From a virus, in the IMG/VR virus record IMGVR_UViG_3300014208_000031, positions 32,001 through 96,000 of that record: DNA of 64,000 bases; one strand, 5' to 3'. Shown piece after piece: positions 1 through 8,806 of this stretch. Position 1 is the stretch's first letter; the number at the start of each line of letters is the position of its first letter. Made by a program: the position numbers and the translations under genes. The notes beneath the pieces are model-generated. The model ran no database searches, was not told the origin of the DNA, and saw only the letters and a program-made list of their open reading frames with translations.

Positions 1-2
1 TG

Positions 3-1211
3 ATATATAAGAATAATAAATTTTTAGCCTTTAGTTCGGCAACATATCAATTTGAATTTTTATATCAAATGTATAAGAATTATAAAAAATCTATTCTTGA
101 TCCAAAGCCAGACCAGTTTGCTTCTTATGGTTTATTTCAGATGAGTCATGAAGCCGCGCCGGAAGGATTATTAAATAAAGCTTCTACAGAAAATGCTAAA
201 AATTCTCTTTCTTCAATGGAATTTCAAAAAGAATATTGCGGTCAATTTCCGGCGGACTCAGATAGCTATTTTAAGATGTCTAAAATGGAAGATGCAACCG
301 TACCATCAGGCGAAGACCCATCTATTGAGATAGTAGGAGAGAAAAATGGTAAATATTTGGTTTCTATTGACCCCAACAGTATGAACGACGCGACCTCAAG
401 CGATCATTTTGCGATTTCTGTATTTAAGTTAAACATGGAAGACAATACAACTGTTTTGGTTAATCAGTTTGCCGCATGTGAGCTAAATATCATAGATTAT
501 GTTTGGTATTTTTCATATATTCTAGAAAATTTTAATGTTGTTATGGTGGTACTAGATGAAGCTGGTGGCGGGACTTTTATAAATGTTTGTAACGAATCCA
601 TTCAATTTAAAGAAAAGAATTTAAGGTTAGAATTTTTTAGTGCAGATTTTGATGTTGATCCTAAAGAATATGTCAAAGAATTAAATAGGGCTAGACGAGA
701 CTATAACCTAACCAGTAAAAAGATTTGCTATTCTCAATATTTTCTTAATCCATTTAAATTAGCCGCCAACGAGCATTTAAAATATTGTATTGAATATAAG
801 AAAATGCTTTTTGCTTCAAAACCACATGAGATTAAAGAGGAAAAAATGTTGAAAACTCATATTCCAAATTTTGATAAACTTAAATTTATATCTGGAGAAG
901 ACTTTGATCAAAAAATGTCTAACGATGATATGCAAAAAATTAGAAGACAGGATTTTATAGACCATCAAGTATTTTTAATGAAAGATGTAAAATGTCAATG
1001 TGCTCTTATAGAATTAAGACCAGAAGGAAACAGTATTAAACTTGAATTACCATCAAATATTCGTCGTTTGCGTGGCATTAATATGGTGCGTCGCGATTTG
1101 TGGACGAGCCTATTTTTAGGAAATTATATGGCTAAGAGATATTTTGATATGATGTCCACGGACGACAGATTCAACTATAATTCCAACTGGACTCCTTCAA
1201 TCGTAGGTTAA
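3..1211 (+). CDS. terL: Terminase large subunit, C-terminal part (5' end outside window)
   Basis: Frame is open from position 3 (LAFSSA coupling-motif-like). FQKEYCGQF linker, then RNase H-like nuclease motifs VSIDP..DHFA, VLDEAGGG and a C-terminal RRDLWTSL; directly upstream of portal. Confidence 0.85.
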   Translation: MYKNNKFLAFSSATYQFEFLYQMYKNYKKSILDPKPDQFASYGLFQMSHEAAPEGLLNKASTENAKNSLSSMEFQKEYCGQFPADSDSYFKMSKMEDATVPSGEDPSIEIVGEKNGKYLVSIDPNSMNDATSSDHFAISVFKLNMEDNTTVLVNQFAACELNIIDYVWYFSYILENFNVVMVVLDEAGGGTFINVCNESIQFKEKNLRLEFFSADFDVDPKEYVKELNRARRDYNLTSKKICYSQYFLNPFKLAANEHLKYCIEYKKMLFASKPHEIKEEKMLKTHIPNFDKLKFISGEDFDQKMSNDDMQKIRRQDFIDHQVFLMKDVKCQCALIELRPEGNSIKLELPSNIRRLRGINMVRRDLWTSLFLGNYMAKRYFDMMSTDDRFNYNSNWTPSIVG

Positions 1212-1257
1212 TATTTTCTATAATAAAAGTATATAGTTTAAATAAACCAAAGATTAA

Positions 1258-1265
1258 AGTGTAAA
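1258..1265 (+). promoter_or_regulatory. Late-promoter motif AGTGTAAA upstream of portal
   Basis: Same motif precedes most structural genes in the window. Confidence 0.65.
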
Positions 1266-1280
1266 TAAATTGTACTAATT

Positions 1281-3248
1281 ATGGCGCGCCCCAAAAAACA
1301 ACAAACACCAATCGAAATTCCAATAAATCAAGGAGTTCCAGCTAAGGTGGTTTACGAACCACATAATTTACCCGCTCAGATGTGCGGAACTTCTTACGCC
1401 GCCCAAGAATTCACTCATGAATCTCTAGCTTCAATCCCTTACAATCGGGCCGGGGACGATTGCGGAGCTTCTTCCGAATTAAGTTATCTTAAATATAATA
1501 ATTTAGTTAATCGAACAACCCCTTACTCTGAAACTAACGGTTTTTGGAATATTCGTAACTCTGTAGTTTTGTGTCAAACGGCGTGGAGGGAAGTCCCCGT
1601 TTTTAATCAAACCATAGAAACTATGACTATTTTAGCCAATACTAATATAGTTTGGCGCGGCGGCTCGGATAAATGCAAGAAGTTTTTGAAAGTTTGGTGG
1701 AACAAAATTCGCGGACATAATCTTAATGAGCAACTTTTAAGAGAATTATTTAGATCAAGTAATGTATTTGTGTACAGATATGATGGGGGGATTAAAAGTA
1801 ATAAAATCAATAAGTTTGTTTTAGGCGAAGAAACTACAGAAAAAATTAAAGATAAAGAGTTAGAAAAAAGTGAAGCCGCCAAAACTATCGACATTCCAGT
1901 TAAATACGAAGTTTTAAATCCGGCGGATATTTGTTGTGCTAGTAACTATTCTTTAAGTTTTACTCCTAGTTATTATAGGTTTTTTGATCAAAGCACTAAA
2001 CAGCGCCTATTGGAGATGCAAAAAAACAAAGATATTCCTATTAGACTAGACGAAGAGTTATTAAAGTTTTTAAAGGGCAATATTAGTGCTAAACCTTTAG
2101 AACCGGAAAAAATAAGTGCAATTTTTTACCATAAACAAGATTACGAACCTTTTGCTATGCCAATGGGTTATCCAGTATTGGAAGATATTAATCTTAAATT
2201 AGAGTTTAAAAAATGTGATACTATTGTAAGTAAAACTGTTGAATCAATTATCATGTTAGTTACTCACGGTGCCGAACCTGATAAGGGTGGAATGAATCCT
2301 ATTTTAGATACCGCATTAAAAACCTTATTTTCTACTAAGCAAACCGGGCGGACACTTATTTCGGATTACACTACTAAAATTGACTTTATTATCCCCGATT
2401 TAAAAAAGGTAATTGGTCCGGAAAAATACTTAAAACTAGACCAAGACATTAATGATGGTTTAATGAATATTTTCTTTGGTGATCAAAAGTTTGCAAATAT
2501 CATGGTCAAGTTACGAGTATTTGTAGCTATACTTACTTATGCTCAAGAATTATTAATCAATGAGTTTTTACAAAAAGAAATAAATAGGGTTTGTAAATTA
2601 GTTGGATATGGAGAGGAAGAGATACCTACGATTAAATTTTCCAAGCTACAATTGGAAGACCCTTCCCAATCTCAAAGAATAATAGCTCAATTTTCTCAAT
2701 TAGGCTTATTGAGCGCAGAAGAAACATTTGAAGCAGTAAAAACTGGTATATTCCCAACCAAAGAAGAATCTGAAAAAAGTCAAGAAAACTATAAAAAATT
2801 AAGAGATAAAGAATACTATTTCCCGTTGGTTGGCGGCTCTCAAGAAAAAGAGGCAACTGTTAATGGTCGTCCGGCGGGCTCAAGTGGAATTTCTAAGAAA
2901 AAAGTTAATCCGGGTTTTAAGGGTGGAAGTTCGGGGTCATTTGATGTTATAAAATTCAAACGAAATATTTTATTGGCTAATGAAGTAGTTAACGAAATAG
3001 AAAAAGAATATAAAGCTAAGTTTCACAGAAAAAAACTAATAGACAAAGACCAAGAGATTATCAAAATTGTTTCTACTCATTTATTTACGAATGAAGCCGC
3101 CGAGAATTGGAAAGAAAGTATTGGTAGGTATTTAAATGAGAATTTACCCGAGCCTAATATAGAAAATATTGGAATAATAGAAGAGATTAAAGAAGAAAAT
3201 GGGACGGATGAAATTACTAGTGCGTTACTAATGTGGAGTAAAATATAA
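1281..3248 (+). CDS. Portal protein
   Basis: 655 aa directly after TerL; portal-like segments (RELFRSSNVFVY, HKQDYEPFAMPMGYPVL, FSKLQLED). Confidence 0.75.
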   Translation: MARPKKQQTPIEIPINQGVPAKVVYEPHNLPAQMCGTSYAAQEFTHESLASIPYNRAGDDCGASSELSYLKYNNLVNRTTPYSETNGFWNIRNSVVLCQTAWREVPVFNQTIETMTILANTNIVWRGGSDKCKKFLKVWWNKIRGHNLNEQLLRELFRSSNVFVYRYDGGIKSNKINKFVLGEETTEKIKDKELEKSEAAKTIDIPVKYEVLNPADICCASNYSLSFTPSYYRFFDQSTKQRLLEMQKNKDIPIRLDEELLKFLKGNISAKPLEPEKISAIFYHKQDYEPFAMPMGYPVLEDINLKLEFKKCDTIVSKTVESIIMLVTHGAEPDKGGMNPILDTALKTLFSTKQTGRTLISDYTTKIDFIIPDLKKVIGPEKYLKLDQDINDGLMNIFFGDQKFANIMVKLRVFVAILTYAQELLINEFLQKEINRVCKLVGYGEEEIPTIKFSKLQLEDPSQSQRIIAQFSQLGLLSAEETFEAVKTGIFPTKEESEKSQENYKKLRDKEYYFPLVGGSQEKEATVNGRPAGSSGISKKKVNPGFKGGSSGSFDVIKFKRNILLANEVVNEIEKEYKAKFHRKKLIDKDQEIIKIVSTHLFTNEAAENWKESIGRYLNENLPEPNIENIGIIEEIKEENGTDEITSALLMWSKI

Positions 3249-3499
3249 TGAATAAATTCCAACCAATTACTCCTAATCATCATATACATAAATTTCATAC
3301 TTGTGTTAAATTACCATTTTTAAAAGATGGATACCAAAGAATTTTAGATAAAATAAGGTACGGTCGTGCGGACTTATTATCAGTTTCAGAGTTTAATGGA
3401 TTAAAAGAGTATTTCGTTGAAATAACCTATATAAACGAATCTAAAAATAAAGCTTTGGAATTAGATAGGATAAATAAAAATAATTTAGCTAAGTTATAA
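3248..3499 (+). CDS. Hypothetical protein
   Basis: TAATG overlap with portal stop; fills the gap before the next gene. Confidence 0.5.
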   Translation: MNKFQPITPNHHIHKFHTCVKLPFLKDGYQRILDKIRYGRADLLSVSEFNGLKEYFVEITYINESKNKALELDRINKNNLAKL

Positions 3500-3502
3500 T
3501 TT

Positions 3503-5029
3503 ATGGCCGATAACCCTTTCAATATTGCGTTAAAACAACTTAGATCAGAAGAAATTTCTGGTTATTTAGTTTCAGTGTTAAATAATAATTTTACTGGACT
3601 AGCTAACTCTTATCTAGCCGGGGCTAATATTGCTCATCTCACTGGAATAGAAACTTTTACAGAACAAAAAACCTTTGTTGAAAATCCTAATGTTCCATAT
3701 TCAGGGGCTACAGGTCAAGCGCCTAGCCGATTATACGTAGATTATTCTGGCCTTCAACTTCAACTTCAGCTAAACACTTTAGTTAATCTAATGCATATTA
3801 GCGGGTCAGAATATGTAAGCGGGGAAAAAATATTTAATAAAATTTTAATAAACTCCGGAAGATTTACTGGAGTATGTGAGGTTCCTTATCCGGCCAATAA
3901 TAGTGGGGCAATTAGCTTAGAGTATCTTAATAATCAAATAGGAATATTAAATGGCGATTCTTTCGTTAAAACTAGCGGAGATCAAGTTGTTAGTGGAATA
4001 AAAAGTTTTTTTAATGGGGGGTCGGTATATTTGCCTACGGCCACGCAACCATCTGGCGGGGTTCCACTTTCTCAATTAACTAGTACTGGAACTCATATTT
4101 TAAATGTTCTAGCTGCCGCCGATACTAGTTTACAAAACCAAATAACAGCAATAACTCTAACTGGTTTGGCAAATATAACAGGGTTTGCTGGAGTAGCTGC
4201 TATAAATGGCGTATCTGGTTTTATTTTCACGCAAGGACGGGGTACTATCACCACCACTCAAAACGGAAATATACTAAGTATTAGCGGACATAGTTTTCAG
4301 CCTTATACTGGTGCATTTTTAGGTCATGTTAATGTTCTTAGTGGTGTAGATAGACAGTTTATTTCGTATGGTAATTCATATGCAGCAGTTCCATACGTGT
4401 TTACCCAATTAGAAAGTCCATCTGGAAATCCTCAATTACCATATTATGTTTCTGGAAGATCATCTAATGGATTTAATGTTATTTACTCTGGAACGGTAAA
4501 TCATAGTGGTTATGCTATTAGTTATTTTGGCTGGACCGGTTCTGGGTCAGTTATAAATGTAATACAAGGGCCACAGGGAGTATCTGGTTTGTCCGGGGCA
4601 AGTATTGTAGGTCCAGAAGGACCAGCGGGCGTATTTATTAACAGCGGAACAATAACTGGTAATTTCTATACATCTTCATATTTTCTAGATATTGTATACA
4701 CAGGAGTCGATTTGGTTAATTCATTCGTTTTTCGTCCAACGGTTATTACTGGGTGGCAAATTGCCTGCGGAACTACAGGGCGCGGCGGAGCGCATTTAAA
4801 TAGCGGATCAAGTGGCATTGTTTTACAAAGAGAACTTACGGGAAGTATAAATAAAATTGATACTTCTAATAACTCTACATTTATGGGCGGGTTTTCCTTA
4901 AATTCGGGACAGATATATAACTCCGGCTCTTATTTGTTTAATATACCCGCCTATAATAGGATTTCCATAAATATTTTAAGTGGGCTTTCTGGTTTATCCA
5001 ATCTAACTATTGGCCTGGCTGGATATTAA
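3503..5029 (+). CDS. Fibre-like virion protein, S/T-G rich
   Basis: Fibre repeats (TGIETFTEQKTF, SGSEYVSGEKIF, SGDQVVSGIKSF), short collagen-like GPQG..GPEGPAG, about 40 SG/TG dipeptides. Confidence 0.6.
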   Translation: MADNPFNIALKQLRSEEISGYLVSVLNNNFTGLANSYLAGANIAHLTGIETFTEQKTFVENPNVPYSGATGQAPSRLYVDYSGLQLQLQLNTLVNLMHISGSEYVSGEKIFNKILINSGRFTGVCEVPYPANNSGAISLEYLNNQIGILNGDSFVKTSGDQVVSGIKSFFNGGSVYLPTATQPSGGVPLSQLTSTGTHILNVLAAADTSLQNQITAITLTGLANITGFAGVAAINGVSGFIFTQGRGTITTTQNGNILSISGHSFQPYTGAFLGHVNVLSGVDRQFISYGNSYAAVPYVFTQLESPSGNPQLPYYVSGRSSNGFNVIYSGTVNHSGYAISYFGWTGSGSVINVIQGPQGVSGLSGASIVGPEGPAGVFINSGTITGNFYTSSYFLDIVYTGVDLVNSFVFRPTVITGWQIACGTTGRGGAHLNSGSSGIVLQRELTGSINKIDTSNNSTFMGGFSLNSGQIYNSGSYLFNIPAYNRISINILSGLSGLSNLTIGLAGY

Positions 5030-5032
5030 ATA

Positions 5033-5596
5033 ATGAATGTAATTACTACTAATAAATCTAATGGTTATTATATTCCATATTTAGAAGGTAATGCAGGAAT
5101 GACATTACTCTCTTTAGAGTCTGGCAGTAATGATGATGGATATTATTTACTTCCAAATGGATTAGATTTTGTTTTTCCGTTTTACGATATTGAATACTCG
5201 TCTGATATTTATGTTGGAACTAACTCCTATATTACATTTGGATATGGATCGACTAGTTTAAGTGCTAGCTGTAATTCTCCGGGACGAGGAATATTTTTTA
5301 ATACTAAAGATAATAGCTGTGATAACTTATATTTTCTAAAAGAAAAAAATAGATTAAGGATAAGATTTGAAGGGTATAATGCTACAAGTGGCACCCCACC
5401 GTATACATTTGTATGGGAATGCTCTTTATGGAGAAATGGTAATATTACTCTTGTAACTGGAGATATTGAGAATCTAGAAGCTTCTTTTACTGGAATGACC
5501 GATGATTTAGGAAATTGTCAGCAGTTTTCAATAAGCCCCAACAAAACGTTTGTTTTTATAAAAAATGGTAGTTTTTATAATGTTATTACTAAGTAG
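5033..5596 (+). CDS. NIDO-like beta-domain protein, probably virion-associated
   Basis: DDG..L..F.FPFY....IYVGTNSYITFG resembles the NIDO-type N-terminal motif. Confidence 0.5.
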   Translation: MNVITTNKSNGYYIPYLEGNAGMTLLSLESGSNDDGYYLLPNGLDFVFPFYDIEYSSDIYVGTNSYITFGYGSTSLSASCNSPGRGIFFNTKDNSCDNLYFLKEKNRLRIRFEGYNATSGTPPYTFVWECSLWRNGNITLVTGDIENLEASFTGMTDDLGNCQQFSISPNKTFVFIKNGSFYNVITK

Positions 5597-5927
5597 CATC
5601 TGTTTTATATCTTTAGTATTATTTTTATTATTTGATACAAATGTTATTGCAGATTATTGTAAATTTTTAAAGTTAAATCCACCTCATTTTAAAGAGTATC
5701 TAGAGATAGAAAAGAATGGCGGCAGCGCTCACTATTTAAAGTTTGTTAGAGGTGTTTATCATAATAACTTTTTTATTAAATTAATTTCTTGTTCAACATG
5801 CTTGTCTGTTTGGCTATCTTTAATTTTATCTTTAATTTCTTTTAATCTTTTAAATTATCCGATAATTAACGCGGGCGGGCTTTTAACATATTTCCTTTTA
5901 AAACTTTTATACAAATTTTCTAGTTAA
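5565..5927 (+). CDS. Membrane protein with CxxC-W motif (DUF1360-like)
   Basis: N- and C-terminal hydrophobic helices; KLISCSTCLSVW. Confidence 0.55.
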   Translation: MVVFIMLLLSSICFISLVLFLLFDTNVIADYCKFLKLNPPHFKEYLEIEKNGGSAHYLKFVRGVYHNNFFIKLISCSTCLSVWLSLILSLISFNLLNYPIINAGGLLTYFLLKLLYKFSS

Positions 5928-5961
5928 AGTATATATTAGAATAAGCAGTTAAAATAAAATT

Positions 5962-6396
5962 ATGAATGAAAATAAAAATATAGATAACCAATCAAATCTA
6001 ACGACCCAAAGATCAGCGACAGCGGAGGAAGGCGCGATGCCTGCACGGCGGGCGGGCCAAGTGGAGGCGGAAGCAGGCAGCGTGCCTGACGTAGCTGTTC
6101 GCTGCATCGCTTGGTTAGGCGATTTGTGGAGGGATTGGAAAAAGATATTGTGCGTATCTGGCGGACTATTTCTTACCGCCTTCCTGAGTTTTGGTATCTA
6201 CGCTTGGCTTTGGTATGGGATCGACAGTTATATCTTTCGTCTTTGGGTTGTTGTTGATTACGGGATTGGATATGTTGGTGCCGGTATCGTTCTGTGTAGT
6301 CTTTGGCGGCTTCATAAGAGTTTGGCAGCTAACAATACACGATGGAACGCCGAGTATGATCGTGACTACGGTGAGAGCCGTAATGACAAAAGTTAA
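5962..6396 (+). CDS. ORF starting in phage DNA and reading through attC into the cassette antisense strand; status uncertain
   Basis: Preceded by AAAGTATATA (5926) and an A-rich leader. Codons 12-53 are the attC; the rest overlaps a - strand ORF. Confidence 0.25.
   Translation: MNENKNIDNQSNLTTQRSATAEEGAMPARRAGQVEAEAGSVPDVAVRCIAWLGDLWRDWKKILCVSGGLFLTAFLSFGIYAWLWYGIDSYIFRLWVVVDYGIGYVGAGIVLCSLWRLHKSLAANNTRWNAEYDRDYGESRNDKS
5996..6120 (-). mobile_element. Integron attC site, downstream of the cassette genes
   Basis: On the - strand: R'' GCCTAAC, spacer CAAGC, left arm GATGCAGCGAACAGC ... right arm GCTGTCGCTGATC, R' GTTAGAT. Two extra unpaired bases in the left arm. Confidence 0.88.
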
Positions 6397-6582
6397 GCAC
6401 CGAATGGATTCGTTAAGTTTAACGCTTTTTTCCGCGTAAGTTCCCGCTCGCTTATCTAGTTCCGTTAATAATTGTGCTAATGCGTCAAGAATTAGTAGCA
6501 GTCCGGGGTTCTTCCCGGACGGATCATTCTTCTTGTTAGCTTCTATTATTTTCAATAAGTCTTCGGGGTCCATTTGCGGCAT
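6166..6582 (-). CDS. Cassette ORF3, single-pass membrane protein
   Basis: Helical N-terminus, TM segment LTFVITALTVVTIILGV, low-complexity tail; abuts ORF2 and ends just before attC. Confidence 0.65.
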   Translation of the reverse strand: MPQMDPEDLLKIIEANKKNDPSGKNPGLLLILDALAQLLTELDKRAGTYAEKSVKLNESIRCLTFVITALTVVTIILGVPSCIVSCQTLMKPPKTTQNDTGTNISNPVINNNPKTKDITVDPIPKPSVDTKTQEGGKK

Positions 6583-7149
6583 TTAGTGTTTGCTGCACTG
6601 ATAGAAAATAAGTGGAATAACGAAGACGATAACAAAAGCCCATCTGAGAACGCCGAGATGAGATGTTGCCTTCTGTTGTTCTTCGACAACCTGCTTTAGC
6701 AGTTGGGATTCGCTGCTTGAAGAGAATTGCCATTTGTCGTTCTGGCAAAACTTCTTGACGGGTTTCCATTCTCCAAGGTCTTTGTGGTAGAAAAGTGTGT
6801 CGGAAGTTATGGAGCCCGCGTTCCACATTGAACGAATTTGGGCGGGTGCAAATGGGCCGCTTTGCTGGCCGTCCTTGCTTAAATAGCATTCAGCGTTTGG
6901 GTGCGGACTACTTTCTGCCTCCTCAATTGAATAATTGCTGACATACGGCGCGAACTGAGGGAACTTTTTAATCGGAATATAACTACTTCCTGACCAGAAA
7001 CCGCATTCTCGGCATAGAGCTTTAACCGTGATGCGGGTTCGTTCTTTACACAAAGCAATAATGAAATCCTCCGACTCATCTTGGATGATTTCAACCCCAT
7101 CTACTGAAATGGCATACGTCTTTGGCTTCGGATTTTTAGGTGCGGCCAT
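6583..7149 (-). CDS. Cassette ORF2, GYF_2 (DUF4339)-domain membrane protein
   Basis: YLSKDGQQSGPF...IRSMWNAGSITSDTLFY.....EWKPV is the GYF_2 pattern; C-terminal TM. Start at ATG 7149 is likely (frame open to 7179). Confidence 0.75.
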   Translation of the reverse strand: MAAPKNPKPKTYAISVDGVEIIQDESEDFIIALCKERTRITVKALCRECGFWSGSSYIPIKKFPQFAPYVSNYSIEEAESSPHPNAECYLSKDGQQSGPFAPAQIRSMWNAGSITSDTLFYHKDLGEWKPVKKFCQNDKWQFSSSSESQLLKQVVEEQQKATSHLGVLRWAFVIVFVIPLIFYQCSKH

Positions 7150-7185
7150 AAAAAGTGTAAAGGAATAGTATGAAAACAAACGATA

Positions 7186-7410
7186 CTACTTCATCAAACG
7201 CGATAGCTGGCTTGAAATCTCTTTTAGATTCTTTGACTCATTTGCGATGTTTTTGGACAGAGCAGTTAGCTCTGCACGAACTTCGGGATTCAAGTTTGGC
7301 AAATGCTCGGCAACCAGCGCATACAAACCAGAGTGAGAAGTAATTAGGTCTGAAAGATACGTCCCGAGCTTAGATGTAAAATCGAGCAAAACTTGTTCGT
7401 TGTCAGTCAT
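7186..7410 (-). CDS. Cassette ORF1, small helical protein
   Basis: First ORF after the cassette start, with an A-rich leader. Confidence 0.6.
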   Translation of the reverse strand: MTDNEQVLLDFTSKLGTYLSDLITSHSGLYALVAEHLPNLNPEVRAELTALSKNIANESKNLKEISSQLSRLMK

Positions 7411-7471
7411 AGTGTTGGTTTTTTTGTTTCTTAATTTACGTATGGAAATTTAGGGGAGACTTGGGGGAATA

Positions 7472-7560
7472 GCCTAACTCTTTGAACTGAGCGACGGCGT
7501 GAATAGATATAGCAAAAACCACCGATGTAAAGCGCCGTTCGCTCTAGTGAATGGTTAGAT
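7472..7560 (-). mobile_element. Integron attC site, phage-resident recipient
   Basis: On the - strand: R'' ATCTAAC, CATTC, ACTAGAGCGAACGGC ... GCCGTCGCTCAGT, R' GTTAGGC. Extra bases in the left arm. Confidence 0.85.
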
Positions 7561-7568
7561 TAATTTTT

Positions 7569-7597
7569 ATTATAAATTTTTAAATATTAAGTGTAAA
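7569..7597 (-). promoter_or_regulatory. Sigma70-like promoter pointing into attC and the cassette
   Basis: TTTACA (7597-7592), 17 bp spacer, TATAAT (7574-7569). Confidence 0.5.
7590..7597 (+). promoter_or_regulatory. Late-promoter motif upstream of the lysis cluster
   Basis: AGTGTAAA ending 7 nt before ATG 7605. Confidence 0.65.
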
Positions 7598-7604
7598 TAT
7601 AACT

Positions 7605-8303
7605 ATGAGTCTCAAATATTTAGCTATTTTTATATGTCTAGCTATTTCTTTTACCGGTTGTTCAACTGTTAAAAAAAGACAGACTAAACAAACTTCAATA
7701 TTATCCGCCGCGATAAATGATAGTATAAAAGTCGGGCGATTCGATAGAGCTAAAGAATTTTCTGATCAGTTGGTTAAATTAACTCCGCCTGTTAAAACTA
7801 AAGATAAAATCAAGGTTAATAAATTTCAAACAGTTAGGGTAAATATAGATAAAAAAGGAATATTTACTAAAGAAGAATTAATACCTGATAAGAAATTTAT
7901 AGTTTTGCCAGAAGGCTCTAAAGTAGAAAATGTTATAGTAAAGAACGATGAACAATTTAAACTAATTTTAAATGAAAATCCTAAATTACAAAAAGAAGAG
8001 CTAAAAATAGACGAAGAGCTAAAAAAGTCAGAAGAGAAAGTCAATCAAATTTTAATTGATAAGGAGAATGAATTAGAGAAGTCGCGCGGACAAAATAAAG
8101 GATTTTTCTCGTCAATCTTTGGATTTTTTAAAGGATTATTTGGGTTAGGTTTGATTGGTACAATAATAATTATAATAGCTACGGCATTTTTAGCCCCCGA
8201 ATTTTTACCAGTGATATTTACCGCTATTAAGTGGTTTTTTAAATGGTGTATTAATTTATTTGGTGGTTTGATCAGTGGAATTATGTCTTTTTTTAAAAAG
8301 TAG
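7605..8303 (+). CDS. Lipoprotein with C-terminal membrane anchor; candidate unimolecular spanin
   Basis: Signal peptide with lipobox-like FTG|C, coiled coil, C-terminal TM; lies in the lysis cluster. Confidence 0.5.
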   Translation: MSLKYLAIFICLAISFTGCSTVKKRQTKQTSILSAAINDSIKVGRFDRAKEFSDQLVKLTPPVKTKDKIKVNKFQTVRVNIDKKGIFTKEELIPDKKFIVLPEGSKVENVIVKNDEQFKLILNENPKLQKEELKIDEELKKSEEKVNQILIDKENELEKSRGQNKGFFSSIFGFFKGLFGLGLIGTIIIIIATAFLAPEFLPVIFTAIKWFFKWCINLFGGLISGIMSFFKK

Positions 8304-8317
8304 TGTAAATATTTATT

Positions 8318-8806
8318 ATGGAAACTACAGAAAAAACAGAAACTACTTCTAGTGAATCATCGGTAAAAATTCCCGAAAATAAAGGAAATCTTCAAGTTCA
8401 CAAAGACTTAAAAACATTTTTATTAAGTAAGAAATTATGGATGAGTGTTTTTGGTTTAAGTGTTTTATGGTTAGCTTACTGGAAACAAGTGAATTACCTT
8501 TATTCATTTAGTGCTTATCCACAAGATATGGCCGCTGTTTTGGTTCCAGCCTATATCGGATTAACTCGCGATTTCATGGTAGCATTTACTGGTGTAGTAA
8601 TGAGTTTTTTGGGTATTGAAGGTTTTGTTAGTTGGAAGCATGGTACTGAAAGTGTTATTAGTCAGGCAACTAGCTTTGTGCAGGAAAAGATTAAGGAAGA
8701 TAGAACTGAGAAAATAGATATAACCGAAAATAAAACTATTACTTATAATAATACTAAAGAAGATGATTATACTCTAGAGGAGCCGACCGAAAAATATGAA
8801 TATTAA
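8318..8806 (+). CDS. Holin-like membrane protein
   Basis: SKKLW.. start, 2-3 hydrophobic segments, charged C-tail; overlaps endolysin start. Confidence 0.55.
   Translation: METTEKTETTSSESSVKIPENKGNLQVHKDLKTFLLSKKLWMSVFGLSVLWLAYWKQVNYLYSFSAYPQDMAAVLVPAYIGLTRDFMVAFTGVVMSFLGIEGFVSWKHGTESVISQATSFVQEKIKEDRTEKIDITENKTITYNNTKEDDYTLEEPTEKYEY

Larger units (their letters stand above)
6002..7477 (-). mobile_element. Integron gene cassette, 1476 bp, three ORFs
   Basis: Bounded by G|TT crossover points of two attC sites; GC content sharply higher than the flanks; ORFs co-oriented with attC. Confidence 0.85.

Noticed and set aside
6191-7100. ORFs 6191-6439 (+), 6536-6889 (-) and 6879-7100 (-)
   Set aside because: Shadow frames overlapping better-supported cassette genes in GC-rich DNA.
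7154-7161. AGTGTAAA copy inside the cassette
   Set aside because: No + strand gene follows; a single 8-mer can occur by chance, though antisense activity is not excluded.
5996-7560. IS element or terminator explanation for the two hairpins
   Set aside because: No transposase, target duplication or T runs; the RYYYAAC/GTTRRRY ends and asymmetric extra bases fit attC.
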